From the NCBI GenBank assembly GCA_002633005.1, contig NMRA01000493.1, positions 235,647-299,646 on the forward strand: a stretch of 64,000 nucleotides of DNA. The letters run 5' to 3'. The notes under the pieces are model-generated. The model did no database searches and had not been told where the DNA came from. It was given only the letters and a program-made list of their open reading frames with translations. This document shows, in pieces, positions 48,559 through 62,139 of the stretch. The number at the start of each line of letters is the position of its first letter. Positions within the stretch are counted from its first letter, which is position 1. Both the position numbers and the translations under genes were made by a program. Origin of the DNA: Phoronis australis (Eukaryota > Animalia > Phoronida).

Positions 48559-49235
48559 GAGCCTTATGTCCAGAGATTGGTAATCATAGTATTAGAGAGC
48601 CTAATGTCCAGAGATTGGTCATCATAGTACAAGAGACCCTAATGTCTAGAGATTGGTCATAGTACAACAAGAGAGTTTAATATCCAGAGATTGGTCATCA
48701 TAGTACAAGAGAGCTTTATGTCCAGAGATTGGTCATCATAGTACAAGAGAGCCTAATGTCCAGAGATTGGTCATCATAGTACAAGAGACCCTAATGTCTA
48801 GAGATTGGTCATAGTACAACAAGAGAGTTTAATATCCAGAGATTGGTCATCATAGTACAAGAGAGCCTTTTGTCCAGAGATTGGTCCTCATACTACAAGA
48901 GAGCCTAATGTCCAGAGATTGGTCATCATAGTACAAGAGAGCCTAATGTCCAGAGATTGGTAATCATAGTACAAGAGAGCCTAATGTCCAGAGATTGGTC
49001 ATCATAGTACAAGAGAGCCTGTTGTCCAGAGATTGGTCATCATAGTACAAGAGAGCCTAATGTCCAGACATTGGTCATCATAGTACAAGAGAGCTTGATG
49101 TCCAGAGATTGGTCATTATTGTACATCAGAGCTCAAAGTCCAGAGATTGGTCATAATAGTACAAGAGAGCATAATGTCCAGAGATTGGTCATCATAGTAC
49201 AAGGGAGCTTAATGTCCAGAGATTGGTCATAGTAC
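48559..49235. repeat. Minisatellite, 38-bp unit, ~18 copies (DUS2 intron)
   Basis: GAGCCTAATGTCCAGAGATTGGTCATCATAGTACAAGA head-to-tail, with no spacers. Confidence 0.97.
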
Positions 49236-49567
49236 AGGAAAACCCCTTAAACTGAAACGCAGTTAGACTCCAAAACATACTAAAAATTTCAATGTTACAG
49301 CTGCATTTCATAGTTTGGCTGGCTAAAAACAAAAATCAAATTAAAACATGTTACCCTCATATTGCTCACAGTGATAAGACAGCGATACTTCCATTACCAA
49401 CTACAATCACAGAAAATGTGTAAATCCTCTATTTCTATTACCAACTACAGTGACAGGCAACGTGTACATCAAATTCGCAATTTTAGGGTAGGCCATCTCT
49501 AGTAAACTCTGAAGCGATTTCTAGAGTCACCCATGATTTCAATGTCAGAGCCATAAAGAATACCATG

Positions 49568-50545
49568 CAGTGGCAGATCTAGGATATCACAAGGGGGGCC
49601 CAACATTTTGTCTGTAAACATTTGCGCATAGAACCGAATGGCAAACCCCCCTCCCGCCAGGAAAATTTTTCTGTTTTTTCCTCTAAAAATGAAGCATTTT
49701 CCTTGATTCCTGAAGTATTATCAAAGAAAAAAGGCAAAGACAAAAAAAAACACGGAGAATGTGTCAAACTTTAAAAACTGCAATTATGAGACTCGAACTC
49801 ACGACCTGGCGGATAGAATGCGTGTGCTTTACCACTGCACCACCAAGACTTCACTAGCACATTGATTATAAGAGGCCTACTTGTTTATGGTCCACAGCGT
49901 TTGCGCGCGAAGCCTACTTCTTTTTGTAATATTTATTACACTTTTTTTATTTTGTGCAATCAGTCCGTAACAAATTTGTTGTATTTAAAATAGTCTTCAA
50001 TTGCCCAAAAGACCAAATCCGTTTTTTGTGTTGGCATTAATGACGCGATTGCCTTTAGAAATCGTCTTAAGTTAAGGTTTGACAAAGAGAAAATTATGAG
50101 TTTCTGAGTTATTCACTAAGGTTTCGATTAAAATTCACATTTTACCAGCAGCTTCTGTTTTTTCATCGTCACTCAGATTAAATTTTTTTTAAAAATGAAG
50201 TAATTTTCTTCATTGCACAGTGAAGCAGATGACGGAAACGGAGTTGTAGTGCGCAGCGCCACTGCCGGTCGTCTGAGATATCGCGGGAGAGCCTATACTT
50301 AGCCATAGTTCTATTACGATTTTGCCGTCTTCCGAATTTGACACTTGAAATTGCATCTGAGCCCCCCTCCCAAACAGACTAAAACTGAACTCATTTAAAT
50401 CTTGTTTCAGCCGTAAAATGTTAATTACCGGGGTTAATTAATAAACTCAACACTTCCCTACGATCTTGCTGTTTTATTTTTTTTTTGCGGCAGCCAAGGG
50501 GGGGGGGGGGGGCGGGCCCCCTGGCCCCCCCTAAATCCGCCTATG
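49568..50545 (+). mobile_element. Full-length family 2 non-autonomous hAT element
   Basis: Collinear with 17380-18338, including the tRNA-like cassette (49788-49845). No clean TSD. Confidence 0.88.
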
Positions 50546-50740
50546 AATGAGACCAATTTTACGAGAGTAGACACCAAATTTGATTATCAATTTAGCCATC
50601 TAAGCAGGGCAAAATATACTTTTAATTAATTACAGAGTGATTAGCAAAATAAATGCCTTACAAGTACCATTATAACTGCTAACATTGTTAGCAATCAATA
50701 TCATCTACTTAAAAGACAGTGGCAATGTGCAGCACATGCC

Positions 50741-53038
50741 AACAAGAGCAACGCGGAGCGTTGAAATGTGCCCACGAATGCATTGCAAATGGTATGCTTT
50801 TAGGGTTATTTATTTGTATCATAAAAATGGCCATTAGATGGCGCAAAAACATACAATCCATCCAAAAACAGGAACATGCAACATTTCATAAAAATCTGTC
50901 AACGAACTTCAGAGAAACAAAGGAAAACAGAATAAAATGAAATTGCCACTAGGGGGCACAGTGTCCGTTGGATCTGTAGTCAGTCACCGTCATCAAAGGT
51001 CATCTTCACACTGAGAACATATATGCCAATTTTCAAATGATTTGGTTGATACAGGGGTGGATGCCAAAAACAAGATTTTAAAACAGCGAGAATGGCCACT
51101 AGGTGGTGCAAAATACCTAGATTCCATCCAAAAACAGGAAGATAGTGTCATCACACCAATAGATGCCTATATTTAAAATTTTATGAAAATCTGTTGAGGA
51201 CATTTGAAGATACCGAGTTAAACGCAAAAAAAATAAAATTGCCACTAGGGGGCACAACAGTAGTCAGATCTGTCCGAAAGTCGTCGTCATCCATAGTCAA
51301 CATCATATAAATACACTTGCTAAATTAAGTAGAGATCCTGCAAATGGTTTAGGAGATACAGCCATAGGCGCAACAAAAACAAAACTGCCAGTAGGAGGCG
51401 CCACAGTAGTCGAAATCGTCGGAAAATCATCGTCAATCATCCTCTTTATAGCACATACCTTCCAATTTTCACAATCATCCTTTGAGCGGTTTGGTTGATA
51501 GAGGGGTGGACGCAAAAAAACAGACTCGAAAACAGTAACAAGAGCAACGCAGAGCGTTAAAATGCGCCCACAATTGCACCGTATACGGTATCCTTCAAGG
51601 GTTGTTTATTGGTACCATAAAGTGGCCAGTAGAGGGCATATATGTAGTATGTTGTACTTTGCAAAATGGAAAGGCATGGTGATTGTCTCCTCAATAGGCT
51701 AGGGGCAAAATGTGAGTGATCTTCAAAATACAAGCACATCCTATACATCAGTTGCTTAAAGCACCACAGAAACATAGAATTAAAAACAAATTTACCAACA
51801 TACGAGATTAGCACAGCATTAGAATGCCAGAAACAAATTTCTACTTGGAACTTTTCCTTCATAGTCACGAAGTAACACAAAGTATACACCTGAAGACCTA
51901 TGAAAATACAGAGGTCAATGTAAAATACTAAAATTGCCACTAGAGGCATACCGGTAGTCAGAATCATCCTAAAGTCGTCATCGTCCGTTGTCAACATCAC
52001 ATAAATACACTTGCTAAATTTAGTAAAGATCCTGCAAACGGTTTGGGAGATACAGCCATGGGCGCAAAAAAAAACTGCCACTAGGAGGCGCCACAGTAAT
52101 CAGAGTCATGGGAAATTCAGCGTCAATTGTCCTCTTCATAGTAAGAACATACATGCCAATTTTCACAACCATACTTAGAGTGGTTTGGTTGATAGAGGGG
52201 TGGACGCCAAAAACAGACTCGGAAACACTAAAAATGGCCACTAGGTGGCGCAAACTATGTCGAATCCATCCGAAAACGGGAGGATAGCATCATCTCACTA
52301 ATAGGTGCCTACATACCAAATTTCATGAAAATACGTTCAGGACTTTTGAAGATACAAAGGTAAGCGTAAAAAACTAAAATTGCCACTAGGGGGCTCACCG
52401 GTAGTCAAATCCGTCCGAAAGTCGTCATGTTCTGTTGTTAACATCATATAAATATACTTACACAATTTCGTAAAAATCCTGCGAAAAGTTTAGGAGATAC
52501 AGCCATAGGCGAAAAAAAATAAAACTGCCACTAGGAGGCGCCACAGTAGTCGAAATCGTCATAAAATCATCGCCAACCGTCCTCTACATAGTAAGCATAT
52601 ACATGCCAATTTTCACAATCATCCTTTGAGCGGTTTGGTTGATAGAGGGGTTGACGCACAAAAACAGACTCGAAAACACTAAAAATGGCCACTAGGTGGC
52701 GCAAACTATGTCGAATCCATCTGAAAACGGGAGGATAGCGTCATCTCACTAATAGGTGCCTACGTACCAAATTTCATGAAAATCCATTCAGGATTTTTGA
52801 AGATACAAAGGTAAGCGTTAAAAATAAAATTGCCACTAGGGGCACACCGGTAGTCGGATCTGTCCGAAAGTTCGCTCATGCCGCCCCATTCATGAATGGA
52901 ACATATGTGCCAAATTTCATGAACGTATGTCAAAGGGCTTGGGAGATAAAGCAGCGGACGCCGGACGGACGCCGTCTGGACGGACGGAGATGACGGCATA
53001 ATGCGTCCACATAATATAAATATGTAGGCGCATAAAAA
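50741..53038 (+). mobile_element. Helentron-associated non-autonomous element(s) (HINE-like) with ~450-bp internal tandem repeats
   Basis: The start AACAAGAGCAACGC occurs twice (50741, 51537). ~450-bp units are marked by AAATTGCCACTAGGGGG and ACTGCCACTAGGAGGCGCCACAGTA. A (GGAC)n microsatellite and a terminal ATGCG..CGCAT hairpin precede AAAAA. Confidence 0.7.
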
Positions 53039-53468
53039 TAATCCGCCAAAATGGTCCGAAATTTTTGTCATGAAAGCCGACTCTAGGCGGGAACCATGGT
53101 TATGACGTCTGAGGGCACAGTTCACCATCAGAGCAACTCAAGTGACTAGTTACAGTTTATTTTCACCAATTTCGGACAAACATAATTCCCATAAATTCCC
53201 CTATTTCACTTTTCAAAGACTCGTAAGAATGCTATGAATGCCCCGAGTGATGGCCACAGTGAACATGTTGAACTGATAAAGCTTTCATTTTGTGCTACGT
53301 ATCATTCACAGAAAAAATTAATATCACTTGTCTGCCATATTGTCTCCTAAATTGATGAGATTTTACCCAAAACTTTGTTTACACATATCTATTTTATTGT
53401 GGCACTTAGAAAAAAATAAAGATTGAATTTAAAGTGACAGACAGTGCAGTTGACCCCATGTATCTTAC

Positions 53469-53553
53469 CGTGTGGAATTTGGCTTTTTTATTCTGAACTT
53501 TGAGGTAGTTGTGCAGAATCTCTTTCGGGGAAACCGACTGTACGAAATCCCGC
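53469..53553 (-). CDS. DUS2: DUS2 exon (start of dsRBD)
   Basis: ttatgtag|(K)RDFVQSVSPKEILHNYLKVQNKKAKFHT|gtaaga. 85 nt, phase 2 to 0, with a PKxxL helix-1 motif. Confidence 0.87.
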
Positions 53554-54249
53554 CTACATAAAGGAAAACAAAGAGATAAATTACAGTTGCCAAATTGCTG
53601 CAAGATACAACATGTACATCAAAGCAATAGTTTTTACAACCACGGTCAACTTACACATACATTAGGAAAAATTGGGTCTTGGAAGCTTGAATGTTCTATT
53701 TTTGATCTTTGTAATCAAGGAAGGCGTAAACTGTACTTGCATGAACTAAAACCAGGACTTTGGACTTTGTAATAAGTTATATAATTGCACAATATGTTGT
53801 ACCGATATTCGACTGTTCACTTGTTACCAAAGCTACAGGGGGCAGCACTGTAGAAGGCTCATGTACTTAGCATCCCATTGATTAAGGAAATGGAGGAACA
53901 GCACTTTCTGATTGGTTGAAAAGTAACAGTTGGCACAACAATTGGTTAATGTTGAGAATTTCAGTAAGTTGCTCCATCTATTGAGAAATGCCTGAAGTGG
54001 TTGGCTGCTGCATTCCAAACAAGTACTAATTTTGTGAAATACTCAAGACAACAACGCTACTCTCCAGCTTATCCCCAATCATGCTCTTGCGATATACGTC
54101 TAAACTGAGTGTTGGTAATCACCCCATCACCGGGCCACTTTTATCCACAGATAACAGCAAGACAACAAGTATTCTCTGAACTTCCACGCATGAATGAAAA
54201 TCACGTAATATCACATTTACAGTGCACATAAAAAGAAACGATAAAAATT

Positions 54250-54485
54250 GAAACAGGTCACACAAATGTAAGACGTGGCGGTAGAATTTCAAGTCCAAAT
54301 TCACACAGTACAATAAATCTCAAGCCCATTGCATGAAACAGTCCAATTTCACATACCGGTAGTACAACGAATCTCAGGCCCATTGCACGAAACAGTCCAG
54401 TTTCAAACAGTACAATAAATCTCAAGCACATTGTATGAAGCAGTCAAATTTCACAATAATTCTCAGGCTTTTTGCATGAAGCAGT
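54250..54485. repeat. Degenerate minisatellite, ~45-55-bp unit, ~4-5 copies
   Basis: AGTACAATAAATCTCAAGCCCATTGCATGAAACAGTCCAATTTCACA units. Confidence 0.8.
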
Positions 54486-54547
54486 GATGTCCCAAATAGG
54501 GATTCAACTCAGTTCTCTTTATCTTTTGCGCAAACGTTATTGATTAA

Positions 54548-57500
54548 GTGCTAGTCCACGAGAGCGACCAACCATGAGCGGCAAGGTGGGGGTCAGCCGA
54601 TTTTCACCAAATTTGGCACATATGTAGTCCTATGGGATCTATAAACAGCGGTAAAATATTTCCTCAAAATATTGTGTTTTTCTAAAGTTATAGGTTCAAA
54701 CACATTTTACGGTTTCGCAGCCATGTTTTCACGGTATAAGAACTTCCAGTTGTAACTGTTCATATTTTTCCTTGAATGAAAGCTATTGATTTATTATTCA
54801 CTTGGCATTGTTTAGTGGTGCCTATAGATTGTTACACAGATGTCTTCAGTGAAACACGATTCCGATTTACCACCCTCATTTAGTAGTTTTACTACACTGC
54901 CCCCCGTTATGCCATTTTGAGGTCATGTTCAGGACACTGCTGTACCAAATCTGCCCCCACTGTTATGAGAATGAAACTTAGCCAAAATGTTGACAAAACA
55001 TGTTACTTTCATTACATAAAATAAAAACTTTGTCAGCCAGTTTATTAGTTATACATTTTGGCACCTCAAATGTACTAAAATGAGAAATTTTCATATATCT
55101 GAGATCGATGCGTGAGCACCGTAAAATCCGATTGTCCTTCATACTTTTCGATATTTTGCAACAAGTTAGTTCCTCCTGAATGTTTTGAACGTTTTACTAC
55201 TGATCACTTTGGGCTATAGAACCCCTAAATACCATACATGGCTCCATTTTGTAAAAAGCCGATTATGTCCTCCACAGTGAACAGGGTTAGACATGAACTC
55301 GACAAATGTAGGTTATTTTGATTTACAGTTGTTGTACTTTGCAATTTCCTCATGGGTATTTCTTCGCACATATTCAAGTCAGATTTTCTGTTGATCAAAT
55401 GTTCATGCAATGCATTGTAATATCAAATGAATGATAAGTTTGGTGGCATGACCGCAGTTTTTCCCACGACTTAAAACAAAAGACCGCAGAAATTTTCCTG
55501 ACGAAATACCGGGTTTGCAGTTCTCTAAAAACATTCGAATGACAAGACAAACTCCACCACTGTCCGTGGCAACTCGTCGCATGTTTTTCGCCCATCGGTC
55601 CTATCATTGTTTTCCTTTGTTGTGTCATTGTTGGATATAACAACACAGGTCGCATGGATATAGAACCTTGCGTACATCAGACCGTTGCCGATAAGTGCTC
55701 GTCATTATATCTTTATTATAACAACGGAAACAATGAAGATGCTAATCTATTGTTCTGTATGCGACCAGGTTTCCCGTGGATGACCACAGAAGAGGAATCC
55801 CAAAGTATCCACAAACAATGACCACGCACCTTAGTAACTATTACCGCGCACACGAATCCTTTCCGTGGAACCTAAACACCAAATTTTTATATCCGTGTAT
55901 TGTGTTGTATTGCTCATGGTACGGGTTCAGACTCTGTTGTATTAAGATTCCAATCCCCAACCCTGTAATATGTAGTTTGAGTAAAATTTCTAGACAATGC
56001 AGGTTTATGGATTTATTCTCCTTCAAATGAAGAGTAAAAATCAAATTCTGCACAGGTTTTTTAAAAGTAATGACTTATTGGAAGATCACACATCTAAAAA
56101 ATAAAACAATGTTTGACAATTTTATTCATTATCTTATTTGAAAATTGCCTACCTCACAGACAACTCATCTAAGTTGAAAATATTCCTTGTGAAAAAATAT
56201 AAAATACCAACCAGAGACTTGTGTACTACAAAATATGTTTTCGTAATACAATGCAAAGATAACTGTACAGTCAAAAGTGCAAATGTTATGACTCTAATAA
56301 AAAATTGCCTTCTAGATCTTTTCAACACTCTAATTGCTACAGGACAGAGTCAACCACACAAAGCTCATAAAGTCAGGGAATTACATTTAAGGTGATGTAG
56401 TCTCACTGCGAAAAAGTGATTTCGCAATATCGCTGACAACACTGGAAATCTCTTCTTCACAAACTTGAGGTAGCTGTATTTACCACATCAATGTTCTTAT
56501 CAAAACTAACCACCACAAAATGAAAAATTGGCTTGTCGGTTCCAATTAGGCAGCATTTTACAATGAAATGGTCATGAAAAAATACTTTTGCAACATGGTT
56601 TGCATTACAATTGCCCTACGATTACAGTTGTACATACATACTAGACCAGTAACAAAATTACCCATGGGAACCATAAAATGGTCAATTCGCCAAAAAAACA
56701 AGGAGCCACCAGAGCTAATGTGCCACTACTTTTCAGTACTACAACAAAAATTCATTTGAAGTGGACATAAACTCGCCTAAAATCACATAAAACAACTTTT
56801 GATTTAGACATTTTACCATCACGAAATAGGTATTACTTCCAGGTCACTTTTAGCAATTTCAGAACTTTGAAAGATCTGGCAATATGCAATTGCTACCACA
56901 CTAATAATGTGCGATTTTATACACACAGCATGGTCTCAAGGAATAGCAAACTGTCAATTCGCTACAATTCCAGAAATCACTTCCCATCTGGATAAGGAAC
57001 AAACTGAGCAAAGTTTATAGAGGTAAATGGTCTAAATCAAAACTTATTACCTCCTGGACAGAATATGGGTTTACAACCCAGGCAGAAAGATAAGTTAACA
57101 AAACCAGCCTAACTGCAACAGGGTCTCAAATTTCAGTAATATATACCCATTTACAAACAAAAATCTATAATGGTAAATAAAATGCGGAAACATAAATTCA
57201 GATCAATTACGCATCTTCAAGGAAAAGAAATAGTACAGAGGTCAGAAATCATCTAAATGTGATGGCGACACTGAGTAATCCTGTCAGACCAAAAAATCCA
57301 GTGGCTAAACAAAATGAACAATGTACCATTACCATGTGGCCCAGGATCATAATCCGTGCCTGGACAAAAACTCAGTCTTAGACTAGGTAAATTTTAGACT
57401 TGTGCTGTTCACACAAGCAGTTCTGGTGCAAACAAAGCTTGCGACAACACACAGGCCTACTTCCCTACACAGCTGTGCTGATACAATAATGCCCCCACTG

Positions 57501-59587
57501 GATTTAGCAGATCAGCCAGAGTATTTACAGGTCCAGCCACTGTACTGTTTCCTCCCATTGAATTTTTACAATGCTACATCCTTGACAATCGCAGATTGCC
57601 TCTTTCTATGCATACTCCACTTCCTCTGTCCCAGTTTCCCCACATTTGTTGAGAGTGGCCTATCTCAACAAATTACTTTGGACCTGTTGTGGTATAAGCC
57701 AGTAATCTTTGGCAAATACTTTTTCCCCAACTCGTTCCTCAAGCTACAAATTCTCTTTGACATATCTTCTGGGAGTAGACTTTCCGGCCTCTCTCTAGCC
57801 CCCTCACTTAGTTGTCCAGAAGGGTACCTTCTTGCTGGTTGTGAACTTTTCCATACCCAACCTTTACTAATAATCGGCAAGTCTCCAACTTCAGCAGAAG
57901 CCACTTCTTCAGCATAAGCCTTTCCTGATTCCTAAAATTGTATTAATGAAAAATTAAACATATTAAATTTAATGTGGCCATTTCGGCTCACAAAATATGA
58001 ATACCAAGCTAAAATAAGTGAAGGCACCAATATTTTTGACGGCTTTAGCATGTTTAATTAACTTCATAATCGCAGAAAATCATTGGTAGACAAAACATAC
58101 TCCCTAGTCTCTAAAAGTAGTTCATGGGCAGAAGTCATGTTACACATTTGGTGGTTGTTATGAAAAGTTATGATGACTACCTATTTTCTATGCCAATGTA
58201 TACATGTAGTTGCATAAACATCAACACATTTGAATAAGATATGATTAAGCAATAAGGCCCAAGTTATAAGCAATCACGGTGTGTCAATAAAAGTATTTTT
58301 GCATGAATGACGTGCTTCTAAAAATATTCCTCAGGGTCAGACCCTGGAGTTTAGTGATTCCTACCTGAGCTCACACGAAGCAGGACGTTGAACCTTGACT
58401 TAACGTCTTTGGTCATTTTTCAGACCTCTATCAGGCTCTATCAGATTTCTCCTCTAGTGTGCAGTGGATGTTCTCAGTGTCTTTGGCGACAGCAATATAT
58501 CTCGAGTGTTGTAACGATGATTCGGGCAAGTGAATCTAATACGGTAGATTATGTAGCTCCTGCTGCACACCTGCCTCCGAGGCAGACACTGAGACAGACT
58601 ACTTCTCAGGAGGACACGTTCCACCTCCACATCAGCTCCACGTACTCTTATAAGGTGCTCAAATGTCTCGCTCTATACCTTGTGCATTTCCCAAGAGTTT
58701 CCAAAGTTGTTTCTCTCCGCAATTTGTAGAAATACCACATTCGATGCGACTGGCAGTGCCAGATAAATAGATAAATTCGCAAACCCGCACTTTAGGTCAG
58801 CCATCATTCAACTAACGCATTGTAAGCTTTAGTTTGGTATTCAGACGAGTTGGATGAACAAATTTAGTATAATTTCATATTTTAGTGGGAAATGCTAGTG
58901 TCTTTAAAATTAATTAAAAACATTTAAGCAAACCAATTCTTTTAATTGTTGTATTATACCACGGCATATTAATGCGTAGAAACGGCGCACAACTAGTGAC
59001 TGGTTTAACATGACAAATACACATACGCGGTCTGAAAATAGTGAAATTCAGACACCTATTACCAAGCCTGCCTGAAGGGCTGACAAAGTTTTTATTGTAT
59101 TAATTTCAAGGGCATGGAGTCTTCTACATGTCCATGTTATTATTTTTAGTTTTCTCGCGGGGGCAGCTTCGCTATAAGGGTACAACTTACTGCTGGTTTT
59201 TCACAAGAAGGAAATGTACCTCCACGGAAACAGTTCCAGTGTTACCATGGTAACAGATATTGCAGTGTCGGTGCCGTTTTTACTGACATTGGTCATGAAC
59301 CTATCATGTGATATCAAAATTGTTCAGAAACGATTCTGTTTGAAGCAGAAACTGGAGTAGAAAATTTGGTCAAAAATGACTCATTCCACACCAAGAAATT
59401 GCCTCATTTTGCCCCCAAGAACACTTCCCTTGTATCTCCTAAACCACCAAACTTTGTGGTGTCATACTTCACCCAATTTCTCTCATCCCTAATGTGATTT
59501 ATCAGACTAAACATGGATCTGAATGGCTGACCCCCCACCTTGCCGCTTGTTGGCTGTACAGTGGTCGGTGGATCCGTGGACTGATAC
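54548..59587 (-). mobile_element. ~5 kb degraded TIR DNA transposon flanked by TTAA (Sola3-like; superfamily uncertain)
   Basis: Left end TTAA|GTGCTAGTCCACG..GCGGCAAGGTGGGGGTCAGCC; right end (reverse complement) TTAA|GTATCAGTCCACG..GCGGCAAGGTGGGGGGTCAGCC. Decayed Cys/His coding relics lie on minus at ~57400-57930 and ~58360-58750. Confidence 0.6.
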
Positions 59588-60159
59588 TTAATATCTGTTG
59601 GGTTGACTGTTGATGCGTATCAAAGCTAAAATTGACTTAGTAATTAAGATAAGACTAAAAACAGCATCAGAACAGACACCCAGTGTATTGCAGAAGTCGA
59701 CAGATGTGGTGAGAAGTTAAGGAACGCAGCCGAGTCCCTATTTCAGATTCTTTCACATAACTGGCCACTGTAATGTTATATTTGAAATTCTTTCACACAA
59801 ATGGCCACTGTAATCTGGTAAGAACTAGAGTTGCTGCCTTTCACAGGTTGACTGCTATATTATCTGTTGCTATAGTAACTGCAGGTACAAATAATAGCCA
59901 GCAACTGGCAACAACTGGTACGTGGTGTTACAATGTTTCAACAACCTGTGACTGAGGCTCTTACGGCATCACGTAGACTGGTTCAATTGAACATGATCTT
60001 TCCTTTGCTCTCAACTTTGAACTTGCCTTCATCATTCTCCAGTTATTGTCCAGTATAACACAGTGTGACAGCCAAACTCGCAGACCACAGATGGATGGAG
60101 CTGAAGCCCAGCCCACATAATCTAATTTGTGCAACACATAAAGCTACTGAACTACTTAC

Positions 60160-60294
60160 TTTGACAGCACAACATATTTTTCAAAGAGTATTTTGCCATT
60201 GTCCAGTTTCTTTCGCTTGACAGCTCTTGCTCCCTCCGCTTTTCTCCATTTCTCCAGAACTTGTTGATGGTACTCTTCCATTCCCCAAATCTGA
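60160..60294 (-). CDS. DUS2: DUS2 exon (end of helical domain and linker)
   Basis: ctgcag|(Y)QIWGMEEYHQQVLEKWRKAEGARAVKRKKLDNGKILFEKYVVLS(K)|gtaagt. 135 nt, phase 2 to 2. Confidence 0.88.
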
Positions 60295-61009
60295 CTGCAG
60301 AAGACTACATGCAATACATTACTGAAATACACTCAAGATGAGATTTATTTAATGCTGCATTTCGTAGAAATATAATCCTACCTTCATGGTAAGAATATTA
60401 CGAGACCTAAACGACTGTAGCTTATTGCTGGTTTTTAGCCAGTCATACAGTGTGAAATGCAACTTTATTATTATCAAATCAGAAGCTAAATTGGACATCA
60501 TGCATCTGTTTTGTGATTGCCAAATGAAAATGAGCAATCCTGTGATTGGCTAATGTAATCAGTCTCATTGGATAACTGACATATGTAGCTGTTGTGAATG
60601 GCTGATGGGCGTTCATATGCCTTGTGATTGGCTAATAGTTAAGCACCTGTCAGACCCACTAACACTTCTCATTAACACCAACTTAATGAGACAAACGCAG
60701 CAATACTTGCGTAAGTGGAATTTACAAGCGATTTTGCTTGTGCAAGGGTTTTCTAAATTTGAACTTAGTCCAGATTTTGATTTAGCTTTAATGTCATTTC
60801 TCGTTTCAGTTTATTTCGACTGTGACATGGACTGCATGAATGCTCAGTTACAAGCGTTGCACAATATATGTCAATGGGAGACGGCTGTGTTTAAACTGAA
60901 TATTATAATCCTTCACTAGAACACATGGAGTTCACAGGCTCATGCACCAACTTCCACTAAACAAACATTGCAGAGTGGCTGGACTTGATTCAGTTACTCA
61001 ATGACTACC

Positions 61010-61355
61010 AGTCAAGACACTTGCTTGGTCTACGAGCCAAGACACTTGCTGGTCTATGAGCCAAGACACTTGTTCGATCTGTGAGCCAAGACACTTGTTT
61101 GACCTGTGAGCCAAGAGGCTTGTTTGGCCTATTAGCCAAGACACTTGTTTGATCTGTGAGCCAAGACACTTGTTTGATCTGTGAGCAAAGACAGTTGTTT
61201 GGTCTGTGATCCAAGACTACTTGTTTGACCTGTGAGCCAAGAGGCTTGTTTGGCCTATTAGCCAATACACTAGTTTGATCTGTAAGCCAAGACACTTGTC
61301 TGGCCTATTAGGCAAGACACTTGTTTGGCCTATAAGGTAAGACACTTGTTTGAGC
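61010..61355. repeat. Minisatellite, ~25-bp unit, ~14 copies
   Basis: GAGCCAAGACACTTGTTTGATCTGT variants. Confidence 0.95.
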
Positions 61356-62139
61356 CATGATCTACAGAAAACAAACAAACATCACCTAGTCAGGGACTCA
61401 TCTGGGATTTCAAAAGTAGGCAATAGCCATTCAACTTCATGAGATTCACACTCATTACATCCTGGGAATCCATATGAGATCACCTGACATCACAGGTCAG
61501 GGATAGATTCCCTGAAAAAACATGGCAGCCAACCTTTGCTGATCACCAGTGTGACCTTCATGATAAAAACAGACTTAAAGATTTAATTTATAGTCTGTTT
61601 TCTCGATTTACATTTGAATTGACTATAGATTAACTAAAACAACTAATTGTAGGTTTCAATAAAGTTAATCAGAAATTCACACTAAAATATTTTTAGCTGT
61701 TATTTTGTCAACGGTGTCTTGAAAGGGACTGTCTTTTTTGTCTTTTGGCCATGCTGTCCAAGCCGTCGTTTACAAAAACTGGTCGTTTCATAGACAGTCG
61801 TAAAGGCTGCTACATGAGTACGTACCTAGTGTGAGCCAGCAGTGTCAACACACGTCAACCTCTGCGAGGTGGCAGGTAAACCACAGTAGTGTAGGGTGAA
61901 GCTTCATGGTCTCATTACCAGAGAGCTTTCCGTAAAATTTAAATCCAGAAATTTTGAAGTTTCAGGTGCTGTGATATCGTGAGTGCCAACAGTCTAGTTG
62001 CGGTTGCAACAGAGCTCCATTATTCAGTGCCCTCCACAACAGACAATCCAAACTCAATGAGAATTACAATTAAGATTCATGTTTAAGTTCGAAAACACAA
62101 GTTTAAAATGTCTTTATTCGCTTAAAAGGAAAGGTAACC

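Noticed and set aside
48559-49235. Regular 38-bp repeats resembling a CRISPR array (also 35505-35865, 43149-43378, 61010-61355)
   Set aside because: The units are head-to-tail with no unique spacers, there are no cas genes, and the context is a eukaryotic intron or intergenic region. These are minisatellites.
51557-52081. 174-aa minus-strand ORF
   Set aside because: It lies within the tandem-repeat Helentron-type element, has no recognisable domain and has no splice context.
57402-57917. 171-aa plus-strand ORF
   Set aside because: It has a non-ATG start and no recognisable motif. It looks like the antisense shadow of the decayed minus-strand transposon relic.
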